Positions 52,305 through 64,000 of a DNA stretch of 64,000 nucleotides are shown here, in pieces. Origin of the DNA: Marsupella aquatica. Its lineage: Eukaryota; Plantae; Marchantiophyta. The stretch lies in the NCBI GenBank assembly GCA_973895155.1, contig OZ316895.1:21650558-21714557 (forward strand), written 5' to 3'. The notes beneath the pieces are model-generated. The model worked only from the letters and a program-made list of their open reading frames with translations, ran no database searches and was not told where the DNA came from. A program made the translations under genes and the position numbers. Each line of letters starts with the position of its first letter. The stretch's first letter is position 1.

Positions 52305-52674
52305 CGAGCCCAATGCTAGTGCGTTGCACTGTGCAAGGAGGGCCGGTCCCATAGGGAGAAAGCGTGGAATGTAAACGTGGGAAGGGAGGCGAGCGAGGCA
52401 GGCAGCCAGGAGGGCACGAAGCCCTATGCACGGAAGGGAGGCATGGTGAGGCAGGGCCCGAAGCCCTATGCACGGAAGGGAGCAATTACGTGGGCCTGCG
52501 CCTGCCTGGGTGCGTCGTTCCTGGCATGCGAGTCTCTTTAAACGATCGGACGGATACGAAAAAAGAGATGCTTTAATCTGACGGTTCAGTTTCATTCCCG
52601 CTGATATTCAAATTCATAACGGGACGACGGACGAAAGTGACCAAATGGACGGGATTGCCTATTATATTGTTAGA
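52305..52674 (-). mobile_element. Probable non-autonomous Helitron (370 bp)
   Basis: Minus strand starts A|TCTAACAATATAATAG, has a subterminal AGTGC-AAC-GCACT hairpin and ends CTCG|T (variant of CTAG); sits between A and T with no TSD. Confidence 0.55.
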
Positions 52675-53211
52675 TTAATCTTTTTGTATTCACACATATG
52701 TTGTGGTGGGGCCATAGTGCCTATATTTTTTGAATGTAAATACTTAAAAGTTATCACAAAAAATTGACATGTCTATACATCATAGTCATGTCATGAGTGT
52801 CTCCCATGCACATGATGGCCATAGAGTTACTGTCTAGAGATTTCATTCTAGACTTAGTCTCTTAAAAGTAGAGTTCACTTGGCGCTTTTATAGTAAGATA
52901 CAACAATACCTTTCCCCTGGAAGATGGCAGCCTGTGTTATCATGTGCATTTACTAGAGCTCGATGGTATTTCCTTATTGTATCTATAATCTAATCGCCAA
53001 TACCTGTCGTTGCAATATCTTTTGATTGTTTTTACATAACGAGATTATATGTGAGACAAGATGGTGTTCCATGGTGTAGCCAGGTTAATACCATTATATG
53101 GTGAATACACCTTTCAGATTTTGTCTTATTCATAGTTTTCATGTCATATATTTTTTATTTCAGCGCCCCTTATCAAGGGGCAGCCTGTGTATCATATACA
53201 TTTTAAATTAA

Positions 53212-53445
53212 TTTATGGACCCCTCTAATTTTTAGTAACTAAATTATTTTGAACTTATATTGGTAGCCCTTTATAAATTTTAATGTAAATTTATGGACCC
53301 CTCTAATTTTTAGTAACTAAAGCATTTTGAACTTATTTTGGTAGCCCCTTTATAAATTTTAATGTAAAAATATGGACCCCTCTAATTTTTAGTAACTAAA
53401 GTATTTTGAACTTATTTTGGTAGCCCCTTTATAAATTTTAATGTT
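53212..53445. repeat. About 79-bp tandem repeat x3
   Basis: tatggacccc(c)tctaatttttagtaactaaa...ggtagccc..ttataaattttaatgt repeated. Confidence 0.9.
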
Positions 53446-54391
53446 TGTTATTTATTAGAGATGAAATGAATGGCTCTACCACTTGAATGTTTTCATGAAT
53501 GAGAGAAATGATTATGACTGTGTCTTAAGTTCTCCTCATATTTTTCTTTCCTATGTTTATGGTTTTTATTGAAATGAGTGTCATTCATTGAAATTAGTGC
53601 ACACATTGTAGCATACTTGATTGTACTTTTCATTGGTCACTGTGCACTAATCCTTCTAATTATGTTTTCATATTTTATTTACTTTCAAATCACTACAAAA
53701 ATACAAGCATGTTCCAGGATGAGCATGATATATATACCAAAGAGGTCATTTGTCATAAGAACGCTGAAGTAATGTCTCCATGTCCATTATTTAACCAGGT
53801 CCATACTAAAGAGGTCCTTGGTCACAGGACGATGGGACTATGTCGATACCAAAGAGCTCTTTGGTATGGATCTTGGTCACACGAAGATGGAACAGATGTC
53901 TTACTTTTCCTCCCAAATGTATTTTCTACCAAAACACTTTACCACATCTATGTTAGCTTTTTTCATACAGAATGTATTTGCTACTAAAATACTCTACCAC
54001 AACTATCCTAGCTTGAGCTACCAACGGTAGATAGACATTGATGTCTTTGTGTCCATATTTCTGCCTCCTAGATTTATATTACTACTAAAGTGCCCTACGG
54101 CAAGTATCTTAGGTTGGGGTATGATCTGGGTACCATCTGCAGTACCAGCTGCTTGACTCACTTCCTTCAGTGAATAAAGATAACTTCCAAACGGAGTGAA
54201 GAGAAGCTCTCCTATGAAGCTAACCTCCAAAGGGGTGGAAAGAAGGCAATTTTGGGTGAAGAAAAATTTGTACGTTGAGGTCTCACTGTTTGACTTCACT
54301 TCATTCAGTCAATAAAGATAACCTCCAAAGGGAGTGAAGAGCAGCTCTTTAATAAAACTAACCTCCAACTGGGTGGAAAGAAGTCAATTGT

Positions 54392-54436
54392 AAGAGAAGA
54401 GAAGAGAAGAGAAGAGAAGAGAAGAGAAGAGAAGAG
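54392..54436. repeat. (AAGAG)n microsatellite
   Basis: About nine perfect pentamer copies. Confidence 0.95.
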
Positions 54437-56229
54437 TTCCAGCCAATGTAGATCTCACCCAATGTAGTCAAAGTTTGATAATTTTATATATTTAGATGAT
54501 TCAGTGTGTTTTTTATAGAAGAGTTAACTGAGAAAAGAGTTAGGAGAACACTTATTGTAACATACTATGTTGGACTAAGGTCAGGTCAAGGTGTAAATAT
54601 GGGGTCACTTTAATAGAAACCCTGCCCCCTAACCGGTCACTGTTTATTTGCCTGGGCAAATAGAAACCCTGCCCCTACCCCCCCCCCCCCCCCCCCTCCT
54701 TATAGGAATTTTTTTCTTTCTGCCTTTGTGACCTATGAGTCGGTTTGGGGCCTTGTACTTTGGCACTATGATATATATATATTTCACCCATCTTGATGAG
54801 ACTAACACTAACATGTCTCCTGGTTTGGCGTTTTTGTACTTGCAATCAAGGGGTATTCCAATTGAATAAGTGCAGGAAGTGATCACTTACTGTAGTTCCT
54901 CAGTGGGGTCATTGTAGTGTGCAATAAAACAGTAAAAACATTCCTTGCACAAACCTTTTTTTTTACTTATATGACCCCTATTTCTCTATATCCAACTGCT
55001 TTGCTAACAACAACCTGGTGGTCCATTTTTGGAGTCTTAGAAACACTAAAACTACAAGGGGAAACAATTGTCTTTTGGCTAGACATTTGGAGTCTTAAAA
55101 AAACACTAAAAATACAAGGGGAAACAAATGTCTTTTGGCTAGCCATTTGGAGTCTTAGAAAAACACTAAAACTACAAAGGGCAACAAAAGGGATTTAAAA
55201 TCACTACTGTAGTGGCTCGCTAAAACCACTCTCCTGGCTATCAAATTTCTTGTTGGCTCCCATTATACTATACCTCTCCTAAGCATACCATACCCATGGG
55301 GTAGTGAGCTGGATAAACCCTGCCCCACACACGAAGTTGGATAAACCCTCGATCCGAAGTGAGAAGGGGAGACAGGAGGACGAGAGACACAGAACTCATC
55401 ATTTCTCGTCCTCAATAATGGGAAAGAAACATCTTTCCAATTCCACAAGTCCGCCAATGCTCTGCTGCGGCCATCAGAAATCGAGAACAGATTCCGCAAC
55501 CTCGGCAGTGTTTCAGGCTTCGTTTCAATCAATGCGAATGCACGAGGAGGATGAGGAGCGATCACATGTTAAGGGTTCTGGGTAGTAAGTGTTCGTCGCT
55601 CTTCAGCAGAGTGATCAATCGCCAGCTATGGATGGGCGCATGTTCGTCAGCAGCTGTGGAATGGCAATCCTGATGCCGCTCTGAGGAAGGCTGGCAGGAG
55701 GGACGGAAGGGGGCGGAATCCATGCTAATTGTATTCGGTATGGGTCGGTTGCTGTAGCCCTCTCTTTCTCCTTGAACGTGTGGATGAATTTGCGAAGAAT
55801 GCAGTTCGGGCCGTAGCACAATTGCATTTGATGTTGAAGCTTTGCAACAACAGAGACGACAGCATAGCACAGCACAGCATAGCAAATCAAGTCTGGGACA
55901 TGAGTGAATGAAATATTGAATGAACTTGTTTTCGAACTTCAAAGGTCTTGTGGCAGCATCCCCTGGGAATGAATGGACGAATGAATGAATGCATATTTTT
56001 TTATGTCAAATTTTTTATGGCTGCAGCCTTTGGCATACAGCAATTGGTTAGTGAATGCTTTTTAACATCACGTTTCTCGTGGCAGCATCCTCTGGGGATC
56101 TGCCCTGCAATCACTTTAATTCAATTCGAAGACATAAAGTTCGGCGGTAGCAGATTTTTCTTAGTGCAAGGAGGTAAGGAGACAAAGTGCCGTCGCTCCA
56201 GACCTACCAGTATACAGTGATTCCGAAGT

Positions 56230-59200
56230 ATGGCGCTCCGAATGTATGCGGCTGCTGTTGACATTGCAAGTAGGCAATCATGTGAATGCGGTGGCAAATC
56301 CGTGCAACGCAAGGGTTTTGAGCTCAGGGAGCAAACATCGCTCCACGGAACTTCACTGGCGAAAAATCCGCATCAGCCATTTGCAATTAGTGGTCTCTCG
56401 GTGAAGAATCTTTTGAACAGAAGAGGCAGAGCAAGGGTGCAGGCAGAATACAATATGGAGAGATACAATTCCGAGAGATTCAGTGAAGGAGGAGAGGGGC
56501 AGAAGGATCAGAAGGGTTTTGTGAGGAGGTACAAGAAGCCAGGGCCGAGAATGAGGATAGCACCACAGATGCCTGACGCTCCGGAAGTGGAGAAAGGGAA
56601 ATACAGGCAGGAGGTTGAGACTGCGATCAACGCACTTAGCTCTCTTCCTCCACGAGGCAGCATTGCCCGCTGCATGGATTCTTACAAGAACAAAATTTCC
56701 CTCAACGACTTCTCCTTGATCTTCCGGGAGTTTGCCCAGCGAGGAGACTGGCAACGAGCCCTCCGACTCTTCAAGTACATGCAGAGGCAGCAGTGGTGCA
56801 AACCCAACGAGCATGTGTACACCATCATGATTGGCATCCTGGGAAGAGAGGGCATGCTGGATAGAGCCGCTGAGCTCTTTGAGGAGATGCCAAACAATGA
56901 TGTGGACTGGAATGTCTACTCCTTCACAGCTCTCATTAACGCCTATGGGCGCAATGGGCAGCACGAGGCATCTCTCCACCTCCTGGCCAGAATGAAGAGA
57001 GAGCGAGTGACTCCCAACTTAATCACTTACAACACTGTGATCAATGCTTGTGCAAAGGGTGGGCTGGAATGGGAAGGCCTTCTTGGTTTGTTTGCACAGA
57101 TGAGGCATGAAGGCATTCAGCCTGACATCATCACCTACAACACTTTGCTGAGTGCCTGCAGTAGTAGGGGCCTTGTGGACGAGGCAGGAATGGTGTTCCG
57201 CACCATGAATGAGGCCGGTGTAATGCCTGATTTGGTTACCTACAGCTCTCTTGTGGATACATATGGGCAAGCAGGGAATTATGAGGGCGCAGCAGAGCTC
57301 TTGAGGGAGATGGAGAGCTCAGGCAACGTTCCTGATGTTGTGGCTTACAATGTGCTCATTGAGGCCTATACGAAAGATAACAACGTCCAAGCAGCCAACC
57401 GAATCTTCAAACAAATGCAACAGGCAGGGTGCTCTCCGAATGTTGAAACTTTCAGCACTCTCCTGGAAGCTTATGGTAAGCAAGGAAGGTATGATGACGT
57501 CAGGGCAATGGTTCTGGACATGAAGAGCAGGGGAACTGAGCCGAATGTGGGCACTTACAACACTCTCATTGAGTTATTTGGCCATGGCGGGTATTGGAGA
57601 GAAGCGGTGAGCATGTTCAATGACGTGGTTGAGGGGAATGTGGTTCCAGGTCTGGACACGTATACTGGATTACTCTTCTCGTGTGGAAAAGGGGGTCTTC
57701 ACAAGGAGGCTGCCAAGATTTTTCGCCACATGCAGCAGTGTGGCATCAATCCCCCTGTAGAGGTGTACACTGGCCTGATAAACTCGTACGGGAAAGCAGC
57801 CATGTACAGAGAAGCAGGCAGCACATTCCATGGTATGGTTGAGGCTCAATGTGATCCCGACCAAGCCACATACAACGCCCTCATTGAAGCTTATTCTACA
57901 GGAGGTTTGTTCAAAGAAGCGGGAGCTGCTTTGTGGAGCATGCATGAGTCTGGGTATTCTCCCAATGTGCAAACCTTCAATTCTCTTATCCAGGCCTATG
58001 GAAAAGGTGGGTTGTTTGATGATGCGGTTGAGGTGTTCAGAGATATGCAGGAAGCAAGGTGCCCTCCAAATCAGCAAACATATGCAGCACTCTTAAGTGT
58101 GTATTGTGCGGCTGGCCTTTTTGATGAGGCCAGGGCTCAGTTTTTGGAGATGAAGGAAGGTGGTTTGGTACCTGAGGTCACGGCTTACTGTCTCATGCTG
58201 TCTATCTGTGCAAGACGAAACAGGTATGGAATCTAGTGTACATTTGCCTTGATGAGTTCGCTAGATTCCTTATTATTTGCTGTTGTGTATGCTTAGGCCA
58301 CTTCGACTGGCATCCATTCTAGCATGAAGCAGAAGCGAGGCTCTTGAATTTAGTAGTCCGGATTCTGAATGTCCGCATTTCCGACCAAAACATATATGTT
58401 AACTATAAACCCATGTGAAATATATGCAAGTTAGGGTAAACATGTATGAAACCTTTGTGAAAGTTATGTAGATTACAGGTAAATCTGTATAAACATCTTT
58501 AACAGCTTAAATCCTCACTTCTCTCAAGTCTGCAAATTCTTGTCAAATTGAATTGGCGAACTTGAGAGAGGGGATGACTTTCGAGAAGCTTTCTGAATCC
58601 CTAAGACAGGATTCTTTCTCTTAGACACTTCTCAGCATTTCTTACGATATCGTTGTGGATGTAATTTACAGGTGGGACGATGTTAGCAAGCTGCTTGAGG
58701 AGATGCAGGGGCATAGGATGCCTACTCTTCATCAGTTGGTGGCTGGCATTATCGCAGGAGATTATGATTCAGGTGCTAATTGGCAGCTGGTGGAACACGT
58801 GCTGGATAATCTCAAAGTCGAAGGCGTAGGCCATAATCTGGAGTTCTACAATGCCTTTCTGGAAGCTTTGTGGTACTTTGGTCAAAAAGAGCGTGCAGCA
58901 CGAACATTAGAAGAAGGCAGGAAGCGGGGTGTGTTCATGGAAGCTTTTAAGAAATCCCGCAATATGTGGGCTGTGGATGTTCACCGGTGAGTTCCTGGCT
59001 TACAGTTAACAGCCTGCAATGCTTGTAGTTTTCTTGTGCCGCTTCGTAAGGTGAAAAAATGATTGTCTTCTCATTCTGACAGTGGGAGATTGTCACTTTC
59101 CCGGATAATATTGCTGATAGCGTATGGCTTTACCCGCACTAAGACCACTCGATAGTGAGGGGGTGTGAGTGGGGCAGTAAAGACCAAGAAGGGCTGCATC

Positions 59201-60085
59201 AATTTCGAATTCTTATTCATCATTTTGTTGTTTGTGGGGTGAGAAGAATGTCCACAGGAGCGGCATTGACGACGCTTATAATGTGGCTCAGTGAAATGTC
59301 AACAGCAACGAGTAACGGAGAAGAGCTCCCTCCTATTGTCAGCATTGTAACAAAGTGAGTAATACACCTCTTGGTTTCACCCCAGTTATGCTATCATGAG
59401 CGTCCTTCCCATCTCCCTACTGACTTCTTCGTACCAGGTCTTGAGTTTCGTAATGCCTCTTGACTTTGTCCGTTGGAAGCGCATGCATGCCGCTTTCTTC
59501 CCATTTTTGTAAAACGCATTGCTTACTAGTCTTACCTAATAAATCTTTTAACTTGACAGATGATCACAGATATGAATTTTGTCTTAAGCTGATCTACGAA
59601 AGAATTTGGCAATCAGTTTGTGCGTGTTTTTAGAATTGCATTCACGTTTTGATTGTTTCACTTGATTCTACCCTTGTTCTTGACCACAGTGAAAATCTCA
59701 TTTGTTTCACATTCAGATGATCATAAATCGTCGCTAAACTGGTTATGAATACTCCATGATAGTTTCAGAATCTACCTCATTATATCTGAAATTGGAATTC
59801 GGGTGCAGGTGGGGAGACTCGGGCGAAGGTAGTGACTTGAAGGAAGTGCCCATTGCAAAAGCAGTCTCTAGTGTTCTTCAAAGTCTGCGTGCTCCTTTTG
59901 CATTTGCTCCTTGGAACGAAGGCAGGATAGTGAGTCGAGCACGAGTCCTCCAACCATGGTTGTCAAATACATCCCTTCCAGCGTCTTTATGTCTAGTAAA
60001 TATTCCTCTTCCTCTTCTGCCCTCTGATGGGAAAAATCTTGTAGCTAAGTCCAATTATGGCAGAACAAGAGACTTGGCCACATAG
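56230..60085 (+). CDS. PTAC2: Plastid PPR-SMR protein pTAC2-like; join(56230-58223, 58672-58986, 59247-59354, 59809-60085), about 897 aa
   Basis: VEKGKY..VETAINALSSLPPRGSIARCMDSYKNKISLNDFSLIFREFAQRGDWQRALRLFKYMQRQQWCKPNEHVYTIMI, a long P-type PPR array, and a C-terminal SMR-like WAVDVHRMSTGAALT. Confidence 0.93.
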
Positions 60086-61915
60086 TAAAATGTTTCTTTT
60101 ATCATTGATGGTGCAATTCTTTTCTTCTTCCTTCCTGTGGTTGTCTGGCCATAGCTGTGAAGTTATTCCCCCAAATGATTGTAATTTGCCATTTCTTACC
60201 GCAGTGTTCTCCCCTTTCAGTTCATAAAGCATGATAGGATGACCCTGCACTTTTTCCGGCCTGGAAGGCAGGTTCTTGAAGGACCAAGACACGTCTTGAA
60301 ACTAAAAGCTCACGATTGAGCACTGAGAGGTTGACTGGGTGTACTGAACCTATTGGAGGCGGGCTTGGGGTAGGTTGAGGGCCATGGGTATTAATCCAAA
60401 TTAATGGGAAGGGCGGCTTTATCCAGTTTGAGTGTCCCGTTAAAGGTTCATTCAGCTACATCACCTGGTTGACGGCCTAGATTCGTGTAATAGGGAGTTT
60501 CCTTGAGATATCGATCTCTAGTGTAGCCTTGGTTTGGGCTGTTGTTTCGCTGAACGTGGCTAGGGTTCTTTTAACCATCGTGAGTGGACAGGGGATCCCT
60601 AAGTGAGGACTAGTAACTGCGGCCTAATTGATTTAAGCTACACTAGAGATCGAAGTGAAATTTTGTTTTGGGTCCGCTAAACATGACGCCATGGAGTATA
60701 TGACTCAGGCGACGAATTTAGGGCTCAGGTAGACAACAATGTTGGTTGGGAAGGGACATGGGTTTCGTTTTTACCTTGGGACAGAAACCAGGGTTCTGCA
60801 GCCCTGAAGGAGACCTGGAATACCCCGAAATATTGCCCAAAATTTGGGTCCGGAGTGGTGGATATAAAAGGAGACCTAGCTGGCTGGAGTCAATCCGTGT
60901 GCCTTTCTTGTTCGCCTTTCCGATTACAGTGATTATTATTTAAATGATTTGCATGACCATCGTCTGGAGAAACTGTTTGAAGCTTGATCGTGCAGGACGA
61001 CCGGTTGTGCATCAGCAGGGATGAATGAATGGATGATTTTGAAGTCCGTGGGACCAAGATTTTACAACAGCCTCGTACCCGGGAGACTGTCTAGATCTCC
61101 GGTGGACATGTAACGAATATAAGAAACCTTTTATGATCCAAGTGCTAAACATAGATAGGGCAAGTCACGGCGGATACTTGGATCTTTGTTCTCTCCTAGG
61201 CAATTACTAGGGAATGAACACAGCGACGTACTCATGTTCTTAGTCTAAAAACTGGTGTACATACACGGTTATAAACGGTCTCCTACTAATTTACAAACTT
61301 CGTACTGCAGTCCTTACAAACTCTCCTTAAGTAAAAGAGATTCCTCCAATTGCCAATAGCGAGCATATGACCTATGCATAGATAAGTTGCAGAGGTTGAG
61401 ATAGGCTCCAAGTTCAGAGTGACCACTGGACTGATGATGGTTGTAGACCTTACTCGTCTATCACCATTTGTGTTTCCAGCCTCACTCTCCTCCAATCATC
61501 CCCAGTCCTTTTGCCATGTACGTGGGAGTTTAAAGTGAGTTTATCAGTCCCTAAAAGGATCAATGGTACTCTCCCGAGGGTTACGGTAAACAATAGGTGA
61601 AGATTTCTGATTCTGACAGGCTATCCTATTGGATCTGAGTTTTTTGTGAAGGATTTTCCTAGAAAATTATATTTCACTGCAAAAAGCCTGACCCACAGCA
61701 GCCGTGATGTACAATTGCAACTGCATTCCAATGTGTGAATACAATCACATCTTCCACCCTCCATAGTTTAGAACCCAAGGCGAAGTATACTCCACCAAAA
61801 TGACATAGAAAGGAACAGGCTGGTCACTGTTCAACGCTGTCATATACTGAACATGGTGGGACTGCCCACCGATACAATTAGAGAGTAGGCAGGGATCTCA
61901 AACTCTCGTCATCTT

Positions 61916-63876
61916 TTACTTCAGAGCAAGTTCAGTGAGTCTGTTGTCTAAACCTTGCCTAGCATACTTCTGGTGCTCACCCCACGATATATCGTTGTAA
62001 AGAGCAATTTTGTTGCTAGGCACCAAGTCGGGCACCACACTAACGTTGACATGAATTTGAGGCTGAACGAAGACCATCACAGAGGTCCTGTCCCTCTTAT
62101 CGCTTGCTAGTACTCGATGCTCAGCACTTTTATACTTATCGTTGGTCATAATCTGAGTATGAGAGCCGAGACATTTCCAACCAAAGAACCATCATTAGCC
62201 TAATGAAGTATTCTTCTCATGAGCAGCCACATTCTACCTTTAACCCAACTTGAGTTGTCACCAAAACGAAATTCACGTCACTCTCTAGACTTCAACCTGA
62301 CGTGGTTGTCACCAACATCAAAATGAATTAATCTCCCTATTAAACTTGATTGGTTAAAAAGTAATAAATTTTCTCTCTAATCTTTAATCGAAGTTGAGTT
62401 GGTGACAGTTGAGTTCATTAATCATTTGTTGAGACCGTCCTTGAGAATATTTAATCTGTGTGGGGTACTCTGATGAACTTCTGATCTTTTTCAATTGAGC
62501 GAAGCGCAATTTTCCTATAGTAAACATGTCAATCGCACGTACGTGACCCCACATCAGAACATAGCAAACTCGAAATCCAAGATGCAAACTCATTGCACCT
62601 ATAGTACCTGGAAGGCATCGCCGATGTTGACAACGAATCCATTAGAAGCTGGCACCACAGGAATCCAGAAACCATCGTTTTTGACTTCAAGCCCAACACC
62701 GTCCTGAATCACAAGCGTCAAGAGATTGGGGTCCGTGTGGCCGATGAGTCCCAGCGCCAGATCAGGCTGTGGGCAGCGAGGATAGTGGGCTAACATCACG
62801 ATGTGCTCCATCCCGTCTGCCCCACCCAGGGCCTCATAAATATGTTCGCTTTTCAGATTCAGCCCCTCTGATATCAGTTCGAGAAGAGTAGTGGACAATT
62901 TCAGCGTTGCTCGGTTGTATTCTAGCATGGTCTCCCTACATTCACACACATTAGTTTAGATACCATGGACCAAACCACATGAAATAATTTATTACAACGA
63001 CTTATCCTGATCACCATCTGTTTCAAGTAGGCGTCCAGGAGAAAAACTATGACCAATCCGTGACAATCGTTCTGAAGGCTTCACAGATCTCATTCAACGA
63101 ACCTGAAGAGCATTCCTGTGGGTCAAAGCGAGGCTACCAGCCGACCAATGCTATCCGGGAACCACGGAGGACCCACCACCAGACCCAGGCATTGAGTCCA
63201 ACAGTATGATCAACGAATGAGTAACACTACTAACGAGTTGACTTGAGGATACTCTAATAACATGGTGATTTTCAAGGTCCGATACTCAAACTGATGTACG
63301 CGAAAGACAGGAGGCAAAAAGGTCAATTGTTGGCAAGGAGAAATAGAAAGTTGAACTAACCTCAATTGTGCACAAGGAGTTTATTACAGGCTGAAAGATG
63401 GAATTCAAATAGAACAGTTTATGCATCTAAGCTAACAACTAATCCATCTCAGGCTGAACTGACTGAAATATCATGGCCTCATCCTCAGGTGGACCCAGTT
63501 CCATCGAGAAAAAGAAACTCCTAATTTGGGTTGGCTAGGAGCACGACTTAAAGCTTAAAGGCATGTATATTACACGCAGATACAATACAGAGCGCAAAGA
63601 TTGCGATGAAAGAACCAACCTGTAGGAATCCGGTGTGGTGGGCCATTGGTCGAGTTCCGCGTCACTTATTGGAGTTATCTTATGTCTGAACAAATCTCTC
63701 CACGAATGATGGCCACTGGTCGTCGTCCTACTTTTCCCCAAAATGGGTGTTTCAAAGGGTAGATTCTTGTGCTCCCCAGTCCACTTGACCTTCTCGGACA
63801 ATGGCAACTTGAAGAACTCACATCCCACAGCGAGTATTCTCTGCCTCAAGTCCTCTGGGACGCCATGACCTACCAC
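61916..63876 (-). CDS. 2-oxoglutarate/Fe(II) dioxygenase (DOXC class), 5'-partial; exons 63876-63620, 62935-62608, 62152-61916
   Basis: VVGHGVP..EFFKLP..SWRD, HYPRCPQPDLALGLIGHTDPNLLT..GLEV..FVVNIGD, TNDKYKSAEHRV..RTSV (HxD..H and RxS motifs); first exon presumably lies beyond the window. Confidence 0.92.
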
Positions 63877-64000
63877 CTGCAACACGCGAGTTCAGGAGAT
63901 AGTCAGCTCCAACACAGGAACGAGTTCAAGTAAAGGAGAAGCATGGAAGATATCCATAGTCGACCGTCAGAGAATGTCAAGAATTTCGTAGGCAAATATC

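Noticed and set aside
53691-55214. Possible CACTA-type MITE (CACTACAA at 53691; GTAGTG at ~54918 and ~55214; ~60-bp repeats at 55020-55185)
   Set aside because: Only 7-8 bp of inverted match and the flanking trinucleotides do not form a TSD
56353-58096. Antisense and alternative-frame ORFs over pTAC2, and similar ones over CACTA and LINE genes
   Set aside because: Shadow ORFs of real coding sequence

Overview
Eukaryotic, intron-containing land-plant nuclear DNA; it looks like a non-seed plant such as a bryophyte, but that is inference. Roughly 1-36 kb is a nest of transposons and 37-64 kb is genic. Main find: a complete 10,297-bp CACTA/EnSpm DNA transposon (947-11243, 14-bp TIRs, TTC target-site duplication) inserted into an old L1 LINE. 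It carries an uninterrupted SET-domain (lysine-methyltransferase-like) ORF between a Zn-binding transposase-associated exon and the transposase body. Both downstream exons have in-frame splice acceptors, so alternative splicing could give either Zn-SET or Zn-transposase. A second, divergently transcribed gene and internal clusters of the subterminal TCCGAT motif complete the element. Other mobile DNA: a RAG1/Transib-like transposase remnant, a decayed Bianca-type Copia, a near full-length RTEX-like LINE with 181-bp 5' monomers, a CRE-like restriction-endonuclease LINE fragment, Helitron remnants and a solo LTR. Host genes: COR413, an O-fucosyltransferase, pTAC2 (PPR-SMR) and a partial 2OG-Fe(II) dioxygenase. 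All family assignments come from motifs recognised by eye; no database searches were run.
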